A stretch of 64,000 nt of DNA from positions 17,310 through 81,309 of the forward strand of contig JBCCQY010000019.1 in assembly GCA_039208735.1 (NCBI GenBank). The letters run 5' to 3'. The notes beneath the pieces were generated by a model. That model worked only from the letters and a program-made list of their open reading frames with translations, was not told the origin of the DNA and did no database searches. The DNA comes from Myxococcota bacterium. GTDB lineage: Bacteria; Myxococcota_A; UBA796; GCA-2862545. Of this stretch, positions 9,675-18,678 are shown piece by piece; within the stretch, counting starts at the first letter, position 1, and the number at the start of each line of letters is the position of its first letter. The translations under genes and the position numbers were made by a program.

Positions 9675-10219
9675 AGGCTCGGGTCCCGTGGCCGATGGCT
9701 GCGGTGGAGGTTCGGATGGATCCGTCCCGACCCGTGGTCCACTACCTGGATGCGCCAACGGCCCCCGCCATCCCGGCGTCCGGCTGGCTCGCGATGCGCC
9801 TGTACGGCCAGCCCCCATGGCGTCCTCGGGCCGTTCCCGCCCCCTGCGTGCGATGGTGGAGCCCTCCGCTCGCGGGTCCTGTGATCGCCTATGTGGTTGC
9901 GTCGGCCTTGGGGATCGAACGACCCAGGGTGGACTTCGATCACCCGACCCTTCGTGATTGGATCCGAGCCAGATATGAACTGGAGAACGGTCGCCTTGTC
10001 GAAGCTCGTCGGCTTGCGCGCCGGGTCGTTGCAGACTGGCCGGACTGGGCCCCAGGCTGGGTTCTCCTCGAGGCCGTAGCCCACCAGATCCCAGGCGACT
10101 CCCAGACCGAAGCCTACCGCCGAGGCCGGGGCCGCCACACGGACTGTGGGTTCGCCATGGGCTGCGGACCGTTCGAAATGACCATGAAGCCCTCCCCGAT
10201 CGCCAAAATGCTCCAGTAA
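9671..10219 (+). CDS. Hypothetical protein with a TPR-like helix pair
   Basis: ATGA overlap with the upstream gene. ARYELENGRLVEARRLARRVVADWPDWAPGWVLL is TPR-like. Confidence 0.6.
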   Translation: MKARVPWPMAAVEVRMDPSRPVVHYLDAPTAPAIPASGWLAMRLYGQPPWRPRAVPAPCVRWWSPPLAGPVIAYVVASALGIERPRVDFDHPTLRDWIRARYELENGRLVEARRLARRVVADWPDWAPGWVLLEAVAHQIPGDSQTEAYRRGRGRHTDCGFAMGCGPFEMTMKPSPIAKMLQ

Positions 10220-10227
10220 GCCAGGAG

Positions 10228-11013
10228 CTACCTACGACGAGGAACCGAAACGATGAGGCCCAGGCCAGGGCTTCGGTTCACGTTGGGGACCAACGAAACA
10301 GAAGCGCGCTTCTTCGAAGACCCCCGGCGCGCCAATAGCACGAAGGTGCTGACCGTAGCGACGACCGCAACACCGGCAGAGAGGTCGGCGGCCAGTGCGC
10401 GACGGGATTGGCGCCTCACAAAGGGCTCCGCTTCGCTATCGCAGAGCACGTCGCCCCCTGGCAAGGTGTTGCTGCAATAGGTGAGCGCTTCGCGTTCGGC
10501 ACGCTCCGACAGGATTCCCAACGTGGCCGCACTGACCGTCGACACCGCAGCCGTCGCCCCGAGCGTAACGATCGGCCACACCGGGCGAGCTTCGATAGGT
10601 TCAACCTCCAACGGCACCGAGGCGGAGGCTTCGGCCTCGCGAGCCTCCTCCAGCCGCTCGAGGCGACGCAACCGCTCCTCCACCGCAACGACGTCGTGGG
10701 CTTCTCCCGAGGCCAGGTACTCTCGATAGTATTGGATGGCCTGCGGATAGTCCGGAAGCCGCTCGTAGGCGTTGGCCATGTTGTAGAGCAACTGCGGCCG
10801 AGGGCTTAGGTCGTAGGCCTCACGAAACCGGGCAATCGCTTCTGGGTAACGGCCCGCTTCGTAGTGGGACGCTCCTTCGAGATAGGCGGCCAGCGCTTGT
10901 TTCTCCACATCATCGCGTTCACCGACTTCCGGATTTGGATCTTCCTGCGCGTGCGCAGGCCCGGCCACCAGCCATGCGGACATCAGCACCAACAGCGTCA
11001 CGGGGTCTCCCAT
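10228..11013 (-). CDS. Secreted/membrane TPR protein (kinase-associated type)
   Basis: Signal peptide ending AHA-Q. TPR YEAGRYPEAIARFREAYDLSPRPQLLYNMANAYERL. Two hydrophobic C-terminal segments. Overlaps the kinase stop. Confidence 0.85.
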   Translation of the reverse strand: MGDPVTLLVLMSAWLVAGPAHAQEDPNPEVGERDDVEKQALAAYLEGASHYEAGRYPEAIARFREAYDLSPRPQLLYNMANAYERLPDYPQAIQYYREYLASGEAHDVVAVEERLRRLERLEEAREAEASASVPLEVEPIEARPVWPIVTLGATAAVSTVSAATLGILSERAEREALTYCSNTLPGGDVLCDSEAEPFVRRQSRRALAADLSAGVAVVATVSTFVLLARRGSSKKRASVSLVPNVNRSPGLGLIVSVPRRR

Positions 11014-12524
11014 GGGTTGAGGATGTCCGAGATCACCTCGATCTCTTTGGATTTGTCCTCGGGTTCGGTCGGAGCCTCTTTCTCGCCTTGCTCTGGGGAG
11101 GCCGTGCCCTCTTGCTTCGCCGATGGCTCTGGCGCCACCACGGTCGGCTGTGGCGACGGCGCAGAAGGTTCGACTTGCTCTGGTTCCTCCGCAGGAGGGG
11201 CGGGCTCCGCCGTAGGCTCCTCGCGCGGAGGGGCCTCCTCCACCAGGGTCGGCACGGGGTCCTCAAGTTCCGCAGGAGCGGTTCGCACCGGCGCTTCCTC
11301 CGAGTCAGAGCGTGCTCCCGGAGGCCCCGCCGGCACGAGTAGCCCCGCCGCCACGACGATCACTGCGAGGATGAGCAAAAGCAGGAGGAGGCTCGAAAGA
11401 CCTGGTCGACGACGCGGTTGTGGAATCGCCGACCGGATGAAGACCGGCGCCTGCGTCACGGCGTTGGACGCACCGGGGTGGTTGTCGAGAAGGTCCATCC
11501 CCTTCGCCAACGCATACGTTCGCCGTTCTTGCTCTCGCCGTTCCGCATGATGCTCGGCAAAGGTCGAGGTCATGAAGAGTTGAAGACGTTGTTCCTGATT
11601 CGTGCCAAACGCGTCCGGCGCCGCACTCATCAGTGCGTCAAGGAAGGCCTTGGGGGAGGGGCAACGCTCCGCTTTTTCATAGCGCAGGGCCCAAACCACC
11701 AGGTCGTCGAGTTCACGGGGAATCGAAGGCTCGACCCGACGAGGGGCTTCAATGCCGCCTTGGAAGATCTTGGCCACGGCACTGGGACCATCTGGGAACA
11801 GGCGTTGCCCCGTCAGCATCTCCCACATCACGACACCGAGTTGGTAGATGTCGGTGCGTTGGTCGAGCGGCTGGCCATTGATCTGCTCAGGCGCCAGGTA
11901 CGAAGGTTTTCCCTTGATCACACCCGCTTGTGTGGGCTCCGAATCCCTCACCTTCGCGACGCCGAAGTCCAACAGCTTCACTTGGCCGTTGTAGCAGCAC
12001 ATGACGTTCGACGGGTTGACATCGCGATGGACGATGGCGAGTGAGGAACCATCTGCCAACTGCAACTGTTGAATGAAGTCGAGGGCTGAGGCCATGGAGG
12101 CGGCGATTCGGCAAACGATGCCGATCGGCAGTCGCGCGTTCGCCTGGCGTAACTTTCGGAGCACGAACGACAGCGTCTCGCCCGAGAGGTACTCAAGGAC
12201 AAGGTAGGGCCCGTCGTCATCCTCGCCGAAATCGAGCGCCCTCACGATGTGGGCATGGCTCATCGTGGCGGACACCTTGGCTTCTAGCTGAAAACTCTTC
12301 AGGGAATCTTCGCTTCGAGCCGCCCAGTCGTTGATTCGCTTGACCACAACGAGACGCTCGAACGAGCCACTGCCCTTCTGCAAAGCCAGATAGACATCCG
12401 CCATGCCACCCCGGCCAATCTGCTCGCCGATGTGGTAGGTGCGGATGGGAGCCTCCAGAAAGCGAGTAACAGTTAGCGCAGCAGACCATTGAGTGGCAAC
12501 CGACGCGGTAACAGCGAGTCGCAC
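10998..12524 (-). CDS. Transmembrane Ser/Thr protein kinase (start codon uncertain)
   Basis: IGRGGMADVY, VVKR, HRDVNPSN, DFG, YLAPEQ, DIYQLG; then a TM helix and a Pro/Glu-rich tail. GTG 12524 chosen to avoid overlapping the divergent gene. Confidence 0.9.
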   Translation of the reverse strand: MRLAVTASVATQWSAALTVTRFLEAPIRTYHIGEQIGRGGMADVYLALQKGSGSFERLVVVKRINDWAARSEDSLKSFQLEAKVSATMSHAHIVRALDFGEDDDGPYLVLEYLSGETLSFVLRKLRQANARLPIGIVCRIAASMASALDFIQQLQLADGSSLAIVHRDVNPSNVMCCYNGQVKLLDFGVAKVRDSEPTQAGVIKGKPSYLAPEQINGQPLDQRTDIYQLGVVMWEMLTGQRLFPDGPSAVAKIFQGGIEAPRRVEPSIPRELDDLVVWALRYEKAERCPSPKAFLDALMSAAPDAFGTNQEQRLQLFMTSTFAEHHAERREQERRTYALAKGMDLLDNHPGASNAVTQAPVFIRSAIPQPRRRPGLSSLLLLLLILAVIVVAAGLLVPAGPPGARSDSEEAPVRTAPAELEDPVPTLVEEAPPREEPTAEPAPPAEEPEQVEPSAPSPQPTVVAPEPSAKQEGTASPEQGEKEAPTEPEDKSKEIEVISDILNPWETP

Positions 12525-12597
12525 ATCGCCCCGTTTCGTGGTAGGACCGAGGCCGGATGCGGGTTTCAGCCGCACCGAACGATGGGGAGTCTGCACG

Positions 12598-14127
12598 ATG
12601 GTTCGCACTCTGGTTGTTCTCGCCGTCGGAGGCTGTTCGACTCAACTGGTCGAACGACGAGCGTGTCAAACGGACGATGAATGCCAACAAGCCTTCGACC
12701 AAGGCGCCATTTGTCTCGATGATGGGTACTGCAGCGGAGGCTCCGTTGGCCCCGTCGTCGATGGCGTCTCGGCCGAGATTGTACGCACGGTGGGCCTCGT
12801 CGACGTCTCCGGCTCCCTGCAAGACCTCGGCATTGGCATGCGCGACGGGGTGAGTGCTGCGCTGGCCGCTTGGAACAACGAGAATCCCGATAAACGACAG
12901 TTCGTCCACGAGGTTCGAGATGACCGCTACGACCCCGAACAAAGCGTTTCGCTGGCCGACGACCTGACCGTTGACGCCGAAGATGGCCAAGGGCGCTATG
13001 CGTTTGCCGTCCTCGGCAGCATGGGCTCTCCAACCTCAAACGCCATGCTGGGGCTCCTCAACGAGCGCCAGGTTCCCTTGTTTGGCACCTACAGTGGCGC
13101 GACCCATCTGCGGAGGGATCCGCCGGACCGTATTGTATGGAACACCCGTGCAAGCTACCGTCTCGAAGGCGAGACGATCACCCGGCACCTCGTCTCTCGC
13201 GACCCGAACCCGATCGCCGGCCAAAACGTGTTCGTGTTTGCCCAGTCCCCCATCGACAGCCCCACCGATGGCCAAGCGGACGCAGCACCCGATGCCGTCG
13301 GCGCCGACCAGGTGGCGCTCGACGCCTACGGCAACAGCGGCTACCGCGGCATTGTCGATGTCCTGACGCCCCTATTGGGGACCCAAGTCGACATCCCGCT
13401 TGCGACCTACCGTGCCACCAGCACCAACACGTCGGTCGCGGAATCGTTCTTCTTTCAGTGGATCGCGGGTCTCGTGAAGCGTACGCCTGGTCCCCAGGTC
13501 GACCCCGAGGGCTTGCGCGTCGGCATTGCCATGGTGCCTGTGGCCAGCACCGCCACGCCCTTCATCCGAGAGATCATCGACGGCTTTGAGCAGCTGCGGG
13601 CCGGAGAGAAGCCCAACAGCCTGACCGAGGCGGAGTGGGCGCTCGTCACCGAGAAACGGAAGGCCGAGCTGATGAAGGCCGAAGTGGTGTTCGCATCCAT
13701 CTCCCCGGTGGGCGACCAGCTCGGCTCAAATCTCGAAGCGGCCGGAGCCTCAACCTATTGCAATCGGGATTATCCAATCATCGTGTCGCAGGTCGTGCCG
13801 TTTCCAACGGGCGGAAGTACGGGCGCCCTGCAGTTTCGCAGCGACCTCGAAGCCTACGATGTCAATTTGACCCCAGGATTCGTAAACTTCGAAGGCTGGA
13901 TCGCGGGCCGCGTATGGGCCAGTGCGGTCGATGCAACCGGCGAAGAACTCACGGTGGACCGTTTGATCGACACGTTGAGTGACCCTGATTTCGAAGTCGA
14001 TTTGGGTGTCGGGTCCATTTTCCGATTCTCAACCAACGACCACGATGGATCGGACGCAGTGTACGGCTCCGTCCTGTCGACCTCCTGCCAATACGAAGAC
14101 TTTTTCTTCGACGGACCGCGCCGGTAG
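12598..14127 (+). CDS. Lipoprotein with Cys-rich N-terminus and a type I periplasmic-binding (LivJ/branched-chain amino acid-like) domain
   Basis: RBS GGGGAG, lipobox VGGC, CQTDDEC..C...C module. Motifs DDRYDPE, GSMGSPT, RASYRLE, SQVVP, FEGWIAG. Confidence 0.85.
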   Translation: MVRTLVVLAVGGCSTQLVERRACQTDDECQQAFDQGAICLDDGYCSGGSVGPVVDGVSAEIVRTVGLVDVSGSLQDLGIGMRDGVSAALAAWNNENPDKRQFVHEVRDDRYDPEQSVSLADDLTVDAEDGQGRYAFAVLGSMGSPTSNAMLGLLNERQVPLFGTYSGATHLRRDPPDRIVWNTRASYRLEGETITRHLVSRDPNPIAGQNVFVFAQSPIDSPTDGQADAAPDAVGADQVALDAYGNSGYRGIVDVLTPLLGTQVDIPLATYRATSTNTSVAESFFFQWIAGLVKRTPGPQVDPEGLRVGIAMVPVASTATPFIREIIDGFEQLRAGEKPNSLTEAEWALVTEKRKAELMKAEVVFASISPVGDQLGSNLEAAGASTYCNRDYPIIVSQVVPFPTGGSTGALQFRSDLEAYDVNLTPGFVNFEGWIAGRVWASAVDATGEELTVDRLIDTLSDPDFEVDLGVGSIFRFSTNDHDGSDAVYGSVLSTSCQYEDFFFDGPRR

Positions 14128-14198
14128 CCTCGGAGCCTCCATGACATGGCTTATCAGCTTGTTCTTGGCCGGGGCAACGCGGGGCTCGATCCGCAGCC

Positions 14199-16739
14199 CT
14201 AGGGCATAGGAACAAAGCGGTACCGGTCCTCGGTCGGCCAATCTGCGGAATCGCAGGTCGGCGAGCAACTTTGGTCCGCGCCGCGCACCCCCGCGACGTC
14301 TTCCCAGCCTTGGGTGGCCGAAAACGACCCGTTTGCCATCCCGTAGTGAACCACGATCTCGTTCGTCCCTTCGTGCAGCTCGACCTGGGCATCGAGACTG
14401 CTCGATGGGTCAGAGTTCTGGGCCCAATCCGTGAACGTGAAGACCATCCGTTGCCGACCGGGCGAGCCTACCGTCGTCACCGTCGCGGACGACGAAGGGG
14501 TTAGCTCGAGGTCGTCCCACCACCAGGCAATCGTGCCGTTGGGATCGAGGGAGGACGGCAGACGACCGTTGTTCGGGAATGTCAGGTTGGACGTTTGGTC
14601 GAACATGACAAGCCCGTTCGTCGAAACCTTGACGGTACTCACGGGTACGCCAAGGTACTCGAACGCAAAGGGAATCGTCTCGGTGGCGATGCCGTTCTGC
14701 AGCGCGGCCGATGGACCCGAAACGTCGAGCGGGCTTACGAACACCAGAGGAGTACCGCCAGGAAGTGACGGAGGTGCGGTGGTGATCGCATACATGTCGA
14801 AATCACGGCCCGGCAGTACCTCACCAAACCGCTGTTCCAAGGTAAAAGTCCGCCAGGGTGAGGCTTGACCCATGGCAAAGATCTCACCGGTGACCGTGTA
14901 AAGTCCGCTGTCCGGAACGAAGTGGAACTCGGGGCCAAACTGAACACAGTCGATGAAGTGGGTTTGGTTCAACGGGTCCGAAACGAACTGGCGTCCCGAC
15001 AACATTTTCCATTGGGTCCGCGATCGGGTGTGGGTCTGAACCTGGGTGCCATCGGTGCACTCGTAGCTGAACACCCCTTCGAGCGTCCATTCCTGGACAT
15101 CAAATCCGAACCCCGCTCCCTCGAGCGAAACCGTGAATCTATAGCTTCGAGCATCTTGCCACGACAAGGGATCCAGCGTGAGATCTTCGAAGCGTCGGGT
15201 GACCGTGGTGTGTGGACCAACCGCCGGCCCCGTCGTGATCACCCAGTTGACGTCCGGCTCAAGCACCGGAGCATCGTGCTGGAAGGTGGCATCCAGACCC
15301 CGTACGATCGAGGCATTGTGCAGGACCGGCCAGCCAGAAGCAGAGTACGAAGCAAGGCCCTGTTCGGGATGGTTGCAATCGACGAACGAAAAGGTCTGAG
15401 CCAGAATGTTTCCATTCACCTCGTCGACCGCGATGAGCAATTCACAGGGGCCGACCACCAAGGCCACATCAAGTTCCCAGCCTTGGCCAGCCAACCAGTC
15501 GTGGGGTCCCATGAGCTTCGTCCACGGTACATTGTCATTGCGATAGAACAGTTCGAATCGGCGGGTCCCGAACAGAGGATCGGATGTATCCGTGGCGGGC
15601 GCGGTGGTGTAGGTCCCTAAGGCAAAGGTTGAACCGGTGGGAAGGCCCGTTTCAGGCAACGCCTGAGCCACGGCAATCTGGTCGATCGTGAACCGGTAGT
15701 TGTTGATGATGCGGGTCGTTCCGAGCGGAGTGGCGGACGTTCCTGGAGTAATGACAGCAAAGGTCTCTGGTGCGATCGCCCGATCCACAAAACCAAACGT
15801 CGAAAGTGAACCACTTACCGCGGTACCCGGCACCGTGTTGCTCGTCCCGAGTTCGTGGATCGTCGAACCCGAAACGGAGAACCCCCGGTTGTTCTCCAGC
15901 AGCGTCACCCCGTCGATCGGTGTCGGAAGGTTCGAGAACGCAAAGGCCGCCGAAAACGATGGCTCCAGCATGAGGGACGCGTTCTCCACCCACCTCTCCG
16001 AAAGCTTGACAAGCCTTCTGCCCTTGGGAAATGCGATCTCAAGCGTGCCCCCGTTTGTGTCCACCGAGGTTTGAACTATCGGATCGGTCGTGTCGAGGAC
16101 GGTGGGAGTGGTCGGGCCAGGCGTGGCAAACGTGAGCATTTCCACGCTCCCGCCGTCGTTGTAGGTAATTCGATAGGTGTCGAGGTCGTGTCGTGTCCCG
16201 AAGAACCCCGCGTCGGCCAGCTGCGGTCGGACATCATGGAAACGCTGATCGTTCGACCCGTCGCAGGGGCTAGCGAAAACCGGGGTTCCCATTTTATCAT
16301 CCGCCACGTGCAGACAATGCCCAGTGGACACCGACACGAGTGACACCCCACCCGCGGGCTGGGGAAAGGGCTTGAACTGCTGGGTGTCTCCTCCGTGGCA
16401 GGGCTGCTGCTGCACGGAAGCATCAGGCATGACCTCGACGCACCATCCGCTGGCCGCATTCTCGAACAACCCTGCAGTGTCCGACGTGTTCGACTCAAAT
16501 CGCCAGTCCTGCTGAAATTCACTGGTACAGAATCCCTGAACGAGCGCCTTGCCGGGGGCCATCGAGCCGCTCTGGGCTTCGAGGCAAAGGCCCGAGTCGG
16601 CCACCGTCACCGGCGCGGTGGCAACGACCTGTGCTTGCGCCTCGCTTATCATCGCCGTCGCACCACTGAGGATTACGAAAAGACTCACCACAATCCGCTC
16701 CAGAAGTTGGATGGACAGCGTATCGGTGGACACCCGCAA
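14199..16739 (-). CDS. Secreted protein: ricin-B beta-trefoil lectin, unknown middle region, nidogen/NIDO-like C-terminal domain
   Basis: Signal peptide ending AQA-Q. Ricin repeats SGLCLE..QQDW, SGWCVE..QQF, TGHCLH..QRF. C-terminal PFAFEYLG..VSTNGLVMF..IAWWWDDL. Confidence 0.75.
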   Translation of the reverse strand: MRVSTDTLSIQLLERIVVSLFVILSGATAMISEAQAQVVATAPVTVADSGLCLEAQSGSMAPGKALVQGFCTSEFQQDWRFESNTSDTAGLFENAASGWCVEVMPDASVQQQPCHGGDTQQFKPFPQPAGGVSLVSVSTGHCLHVADDKMGTPVFASPCDGSNDQRFHDVRPQLADAGFFGTRHDLDTYRITYNDGGSVEMLTFATPGPTTPTVLDTTDPIVQTSVDTNGGTLEIAFPKGRRLVKLSERWVENASLMLEPSFSAAFAFSNLPTPIDGVTLLENNRGFSVSGSTIHELGTSNTVPGTAVSGSLSTFGFVDRAIAPETFAVITPGTSATPLGTTRIINNYRFTIDQIAVAQALPETGLPTGSTFALGTYTTAPATDTSDPLFGTRRFELFYRNDNVPWTKLMGPHDWLAGQGWELDVALVVGPCELLIAVDEVNGNILAQTFSFVDCNHPEQGLASYSASGWPVLHNASIVRGLDATFQHDAPVLEPDVNWVITTGPAVGPHTTVTRRFEDLTLDPLSWQDARSYRFTVSLEGAGFGFDVQEWTLEGVFSYECTDGTQVQTHTRSRTQWKMLSGRQFVSDPLNQTHFIDCVQFGPEFHFVPDSGLYTVTGEIFAMGQASPWRTFTLEQRFGEVLPGRDFDMYAITTAPPSLPGGTPLVFVSPLDVSGPSAALQNGIATETIPFAFEYLGVPVSTVKVSTNGLVMFDQTSNLTFPNNGRLPSSLDPNGTIAWWWDDLELTPSSSATVTTVGSPGRQRMVFTFTDWAQNSDPSSSLDAQVELHEGTNEIVVHYGMANGSFSATQGWEDVAGVRGADQSCSPTCDSADWPTEDRYRFVPMP

Positions 16740-16761
16740 GCTTGAGTCCGGGAGTGTCCGG

Positions 16762-16778
16762 ACGTGTTCGGAACACGT
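16762..16778. promoter_or_regulatory. Perfect palindrome ACGTGTTC-G-GAACACGT between divergent genes; candidate operator
   Basis: Read directly from the sequence. Confidence 0.45.
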
Positions 16779-16856
16779 GCGAACATCCCGTCGACACAGG
16801 CCGACACAACCGTGCGACCCGCCGTGGCCTACCCAAAGAGCACACGGAGGTTCATC

Positions 16857-17210
16857 ATGGTTTCATTCATCGCCGTCGCTGCAGTGACCGCCGCGGCGCA
16901 AGATTCGATCGTCATCGACTACGGGCCCGTCATCGTCGAGCATCGAAGCGACCTTGCATCCCGGCCCGACACTATCGTGGTTCGTTTAACGGCGGACCAG
17001 CAAGTCGAAGCATCCCACATCGATCCCTACACCAACTTCAAGTTTCGCGTTCAATGGAACCCGACAACCTCCACCCTGGATGAAGAGTGCCGAACCAGAA
17101 ACTGCCCCACGATGTACGTTTCGGTAGGGAGCGTGACTTGGGTGTATGAGGCCGAGTACGAAACTCGGACAGAGTCCGAGTGGAAGTATGTCCCGGTACG
17201 GCGCCTCTAA
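16857..17210 (+). CDS. Small secreted hypothetical protein
   Basis: RBS GGAGG, ATG 16857, signal peptide MVSFIAVAAVTAAA-Q. Confidence 0.65.
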   Translation: MVSFIAVAAVTAAAQDSIVIDYGPVIVEHRSDLASRPDTIVVRLTADQQVEASHIDPYTNFKFRVQWNPTTSTLDEECRTRNCPTMYVSVGSVTWVYEAEYETRTESEWKYVPVRRL

Positions 17211-17222
17211 CCCGAAGTCCTT

Positions 17223-18338
17223 CTACTTCGAGGGTCGAATGCCTCGGTAAATGAACTGCCGAACCACAATGGGAAAGAGCAAACGGCGAACCACCCAATG
17301 CGGAAACCGAAAGTGGCCCCCATTGGGCTGAAACACCCGTAGACCGTCTCTCTCTACCCCCAAGATCGATCCCCAGCGGTACGGCGGGGCCCGGTACTTT
17401 CGAAGGGTGGCACGGCCCCTAAGCGTGGCACGGAGGTTGTAGGCCACCACACGAAAGCCCCAATTGCGGGCTGAACTGCGATGTTTGTCGGTCGCCGCGA
17501 TGTCGCCGACGGCAAAGATGCGTTGGGTGCCCTGCACCCGAAGGTACGGATCTGTCTTCACGAACCCGCGGTCGTCGAGCATCTCGGGAGGCAAAAAGCC
17601 ACTATTCGGACGGACCTGTCCAACGGCCCACAACGTAAGGTCGGCAGAGAACGCGGGCTGTCCGGTCGACCAGGTCACAGGCCCTGTCGTCAAATCGTCA
17701 CCGCGAAACCCAACCGGAATGTTCGCGCGATGCCCAGGATGGAGCTGGACACCCCGGCCTCGCAGCCGACGTTCAACCACCTGACGTACCTGAGGATGGT
17801 AGCTCGGCAGCGGTCGATCCTGGCTGTAAAACAGGTGCACTGACGTCTCGGGGAACCGCTCCTTCACATTGGCCGCAACGCTGGTGCCCGTAGCCCCGCC
17901 TCCCACAATGGCAACGGTGTGCGCACGCTCGATGGACAAGGCTCGCTCTGCCAGCTGCCGTTGAACCGTATCGATGTCCTCCAGGGTGTCGTTCCGCCAA
18001 AATCCGTTGGTCACCCCGGTTGCGATCACCAATGCGTCGTACGCCTCGCGGAGGGACTCGCCGTTGGACAACGCAACATCGACCCATTGTGCAGTTGCGT
18101 TGACGGCCACCACATGCCCGTGAAGGATGCGCACGCCGTCAAGCTTGGTGAACCGATCATAATCTTCGAGATAGTTCTGTTTCCACACCGAAGGCTGGGT
18201 CAGTCTGGTCCCCAGTTCTTGGCCGCTGATCCAACATGGCTTGGTACTTATGGCAACAACCTCGAACCCTTGACCCAGATGAATGGCAACGAGCAGGCCC
18301 GTATCTCCAAACCCCACAATCACGACGCGCTTCTTCAC
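17223..18338 (-). CDS. FAD-dependent pyridine nucleotide-disulfide oxidoreductase (AIF/AMID-like)
   Basis: VIVGFGDTG, YDALVIATG, IVGGGATG, IFAVGDIA. Confidence 0.9.
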   Translation of the reverse strand: MKKRVVIVGFGDTGLLVAIHLGQGFEVVAISTKPCWISGQELGTRLTQPSVWKQNYLEDYDRFTKLDGVRILHGHVVAVNATAQWVDVALSNGESLREAYDALVIATGVTNGFWRNDTLEDIDTVQRQLAERALSIERAHTVAIVGGGATGTSVAANVKERFPETSVHLFYSQDRPLPSYHPQVRQVVERRLRGRGVQLHPGHRANIPVGFRGDDLTTGPVTWSTGQPAFSADLTLWAVGQVRPNSGFLPPEMLDDRGFVKTDPYLRVQGTQRIFAVGDIAATDKHRSSARNWGFRVVAYNLRATLRGRATLRKYRAPPYRWGSILGVERDGLRVFQPNGGHFRFPHWVVRRLLFPIVVRQFIYRGIRPSK

Positions 18339-18393
18339 GGTCTTTGGGTATCCTCACGCTACGAAAGGGACACCTCGGGAGGGGGAGACCACG

Positions 18394-18678
18394 ATGGGTG
18401 AAGTCAAGCGCGAAGAACTATCGGATTCAAAAGGTCGCTACGTCTATGCGTCGGACGCGGGCCAGGCCGAGATGACGTTCTCAAAGGCAGGAGATTCGTT
18501 GATTATCATCGACCATACCGATGTGTCCGATGGACTGCGAGGCAAGGGTATTGGAGCCAAGCTCGTTGCCCAGGCGGTCTCCGACGCCAGAGAAGGTCAC
18601 TACAAAATCTTGCCCCTGTGCCCCTTCGCGGCAAAGACGTTTCGCGACCATCCGGAATGGGCGGACATCAAGTCATGA
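18394..18678 (+). CDS. YjdJ-like small GNAT acetyltransferase
   Basis: IIDHTDVSDGLRGKGIGAKLV..KILPLCPFA; RBS GGGGGAG. Confidence 0.9.
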   Translation: MGEVKREELSDSKGRYVYASDAGQAEMTFSKAGDSLIIIDHTDVSDGLRGKGIGAKLVAQAVSDAREGHYKILPLCPFAAKTFRDHPEWADIKS

